Source: Zygophlyctis sp. KS116 (lineage: Eukaryota; Fungi; Chytridiomycota). From it: a stretch of DNA of 12,304 bases. A model generated the notes under the pieces. The model worked only from the letters and a program-made list of their open reading frames with translations, ran no database searches and had not been told where the DNA came from. The stretch covers positions 1-12,304 of the forward strand of contig BAAFSQ010000292.1 in NCBI GenBank assembly GCA_054661495.1, in the 5' to 3' direction. Position numbers and translations under genes: made by a program. Positions 8,783-12,304 of this stretch are shown here, piece by piece. Position 1 is the stretch's first letter, and every line of letters begins with the position of its first letter.

Positions 8783-9353
8783 TTATGGTATTGGACAATT
8801 TTTAACATGGTCCAGCAGTTTAGGAAGAAACTTGAAGCCGATCCCACATTTAAAACAAACTAGTGGCACTTTTAAAAGGTTTTCATAGTACTCTTTATCC
8901 AACTATTTTTGATAAATAAATAATTACATTGAGCTTTCCAGATTTTAGTTTATCAATGATTGCATCAATTTCTAGAAAAAATTCGGTAACAAAAGAATTA
9001 TAATGATGTTTCTTCTTGAGTCCTTTACCCTCTAGATCCATGCTAATTACATGCATATGTAACTGTTTCATAGAGGGAATAGCATGAAATCCCATTTTAA
9101 GATTTTTATCATCCAAATCCATGTCTGAAATTGTTTGAAAAGCAAATGATTTCATGTCTTTTAATAGTTGGACATGATCGGGAGCAAGCAATTGAATACC
9201 ATCAATCTTGACCCGGGGGAGTATAAGAATGTGGATTTTACTTTTAGGATAGCCGTCATTGATGGCTACAAAGGATTCGTTCCATTTAATAACATCTTTG
9301 GGAAATTCTTGAGGTTTAATGCAGTATTTCCATAGCGCCTCACTCCAAGACAT
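8783..9353 (-). CDS. APTX: Aprataxin (HIT-family DNA 5'-deadenylase, Hnt3), 2 exons: 9353-8928, 8902-8783 (~181 aa)
   Basis: Motifs NDGYPKSKIHILILP, GFHAIPSMKQLHMHVIS and KKKHHYNSF. After the 25-nt intron at 8903-8927 comes a zinc-finger exon, LDKEYYENLLKVPLVCFKCGIGFKFLPKLLDHVKNCPIP*, which the ORF track missed. Confidence 0.92.
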
Positions 9354-9401
9354 TAAAAGGACAACTCACATTAAACCCTCAATAAGAAGCTTCACATTAT
9401 C

Positions 9402-12193
<2,792 letters not shown>

Positions 12194-12229
12194 TTTAAAT
12201 TCAGAAAAAGTCCGAAATTAAAGTTGCAA

Positions 12230-12304
12230 ATGAATCTACAACATATTAAACAGCAAATAGCCAATGCATGTATGCAAAAGGAAGCAAAGGGATTCAAATC
12301 TAGG
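12230..12304 (+). CDS. 5' end of a gene running off the window, possibly a pyridoxal-phosphate homeostasis protein (YggS/PLPBP family)
   Basis: The ATG is in the same TTGCAAATG context as the acyltransferase start and the frame is open to the window end: MNLQHIKQQIANACMQKEAKGFKSR. This resembles the YggS N-terminal helix that precedes LVAVSKT. Only 25 codons are visible. Confidence 0.35.
   Translation, partial: MNLQHIKQQIANACMQKEAKGFKSR

Overview
Eukaryotic, AT-rich and extremely compact genomic DNA. Gene content and protein sequences suggest a fungus, probably an early-diverging (chytrid-like) lineage; this is an inference. The ORF track is fragmented because the genes are split by tiny spliceosomal introns: I placed 26 by hand, all 23-32 nt and mostly 25-27 nt. 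Reconstructed genes, in order: Rab GDP-dissociation inhibitor (+), sterol O-acyltransferase (+), polynucleotide kinase/3'-phosphatase (-), STK16/Env7-like NAK kinase (+), dienelactone hydrolase (-), a BED-finger hAT transposase-like gene (-), aprataxin (-), MCM3 (-), and the start of a possible PLP-homeostasis protein (+). Host genes are only 13-48 nt apart. The main points of interest are: (1) a tiny-intron splicing regime that appears to be defined by length; (2) an apparently obligatory non-canonical GA-AG intron directly after the GDI start codon; (3) a full-length hAT transposase gene with no visible TIRs, altered catalytic residues and a host-type 25-nt intron, a candidate domesticated transposase; (4) very short intergenic spacers that imply overlapping or polycistronic transcripts. 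The first ~1 kb looks like degenerate coding sequence of unknown origin.
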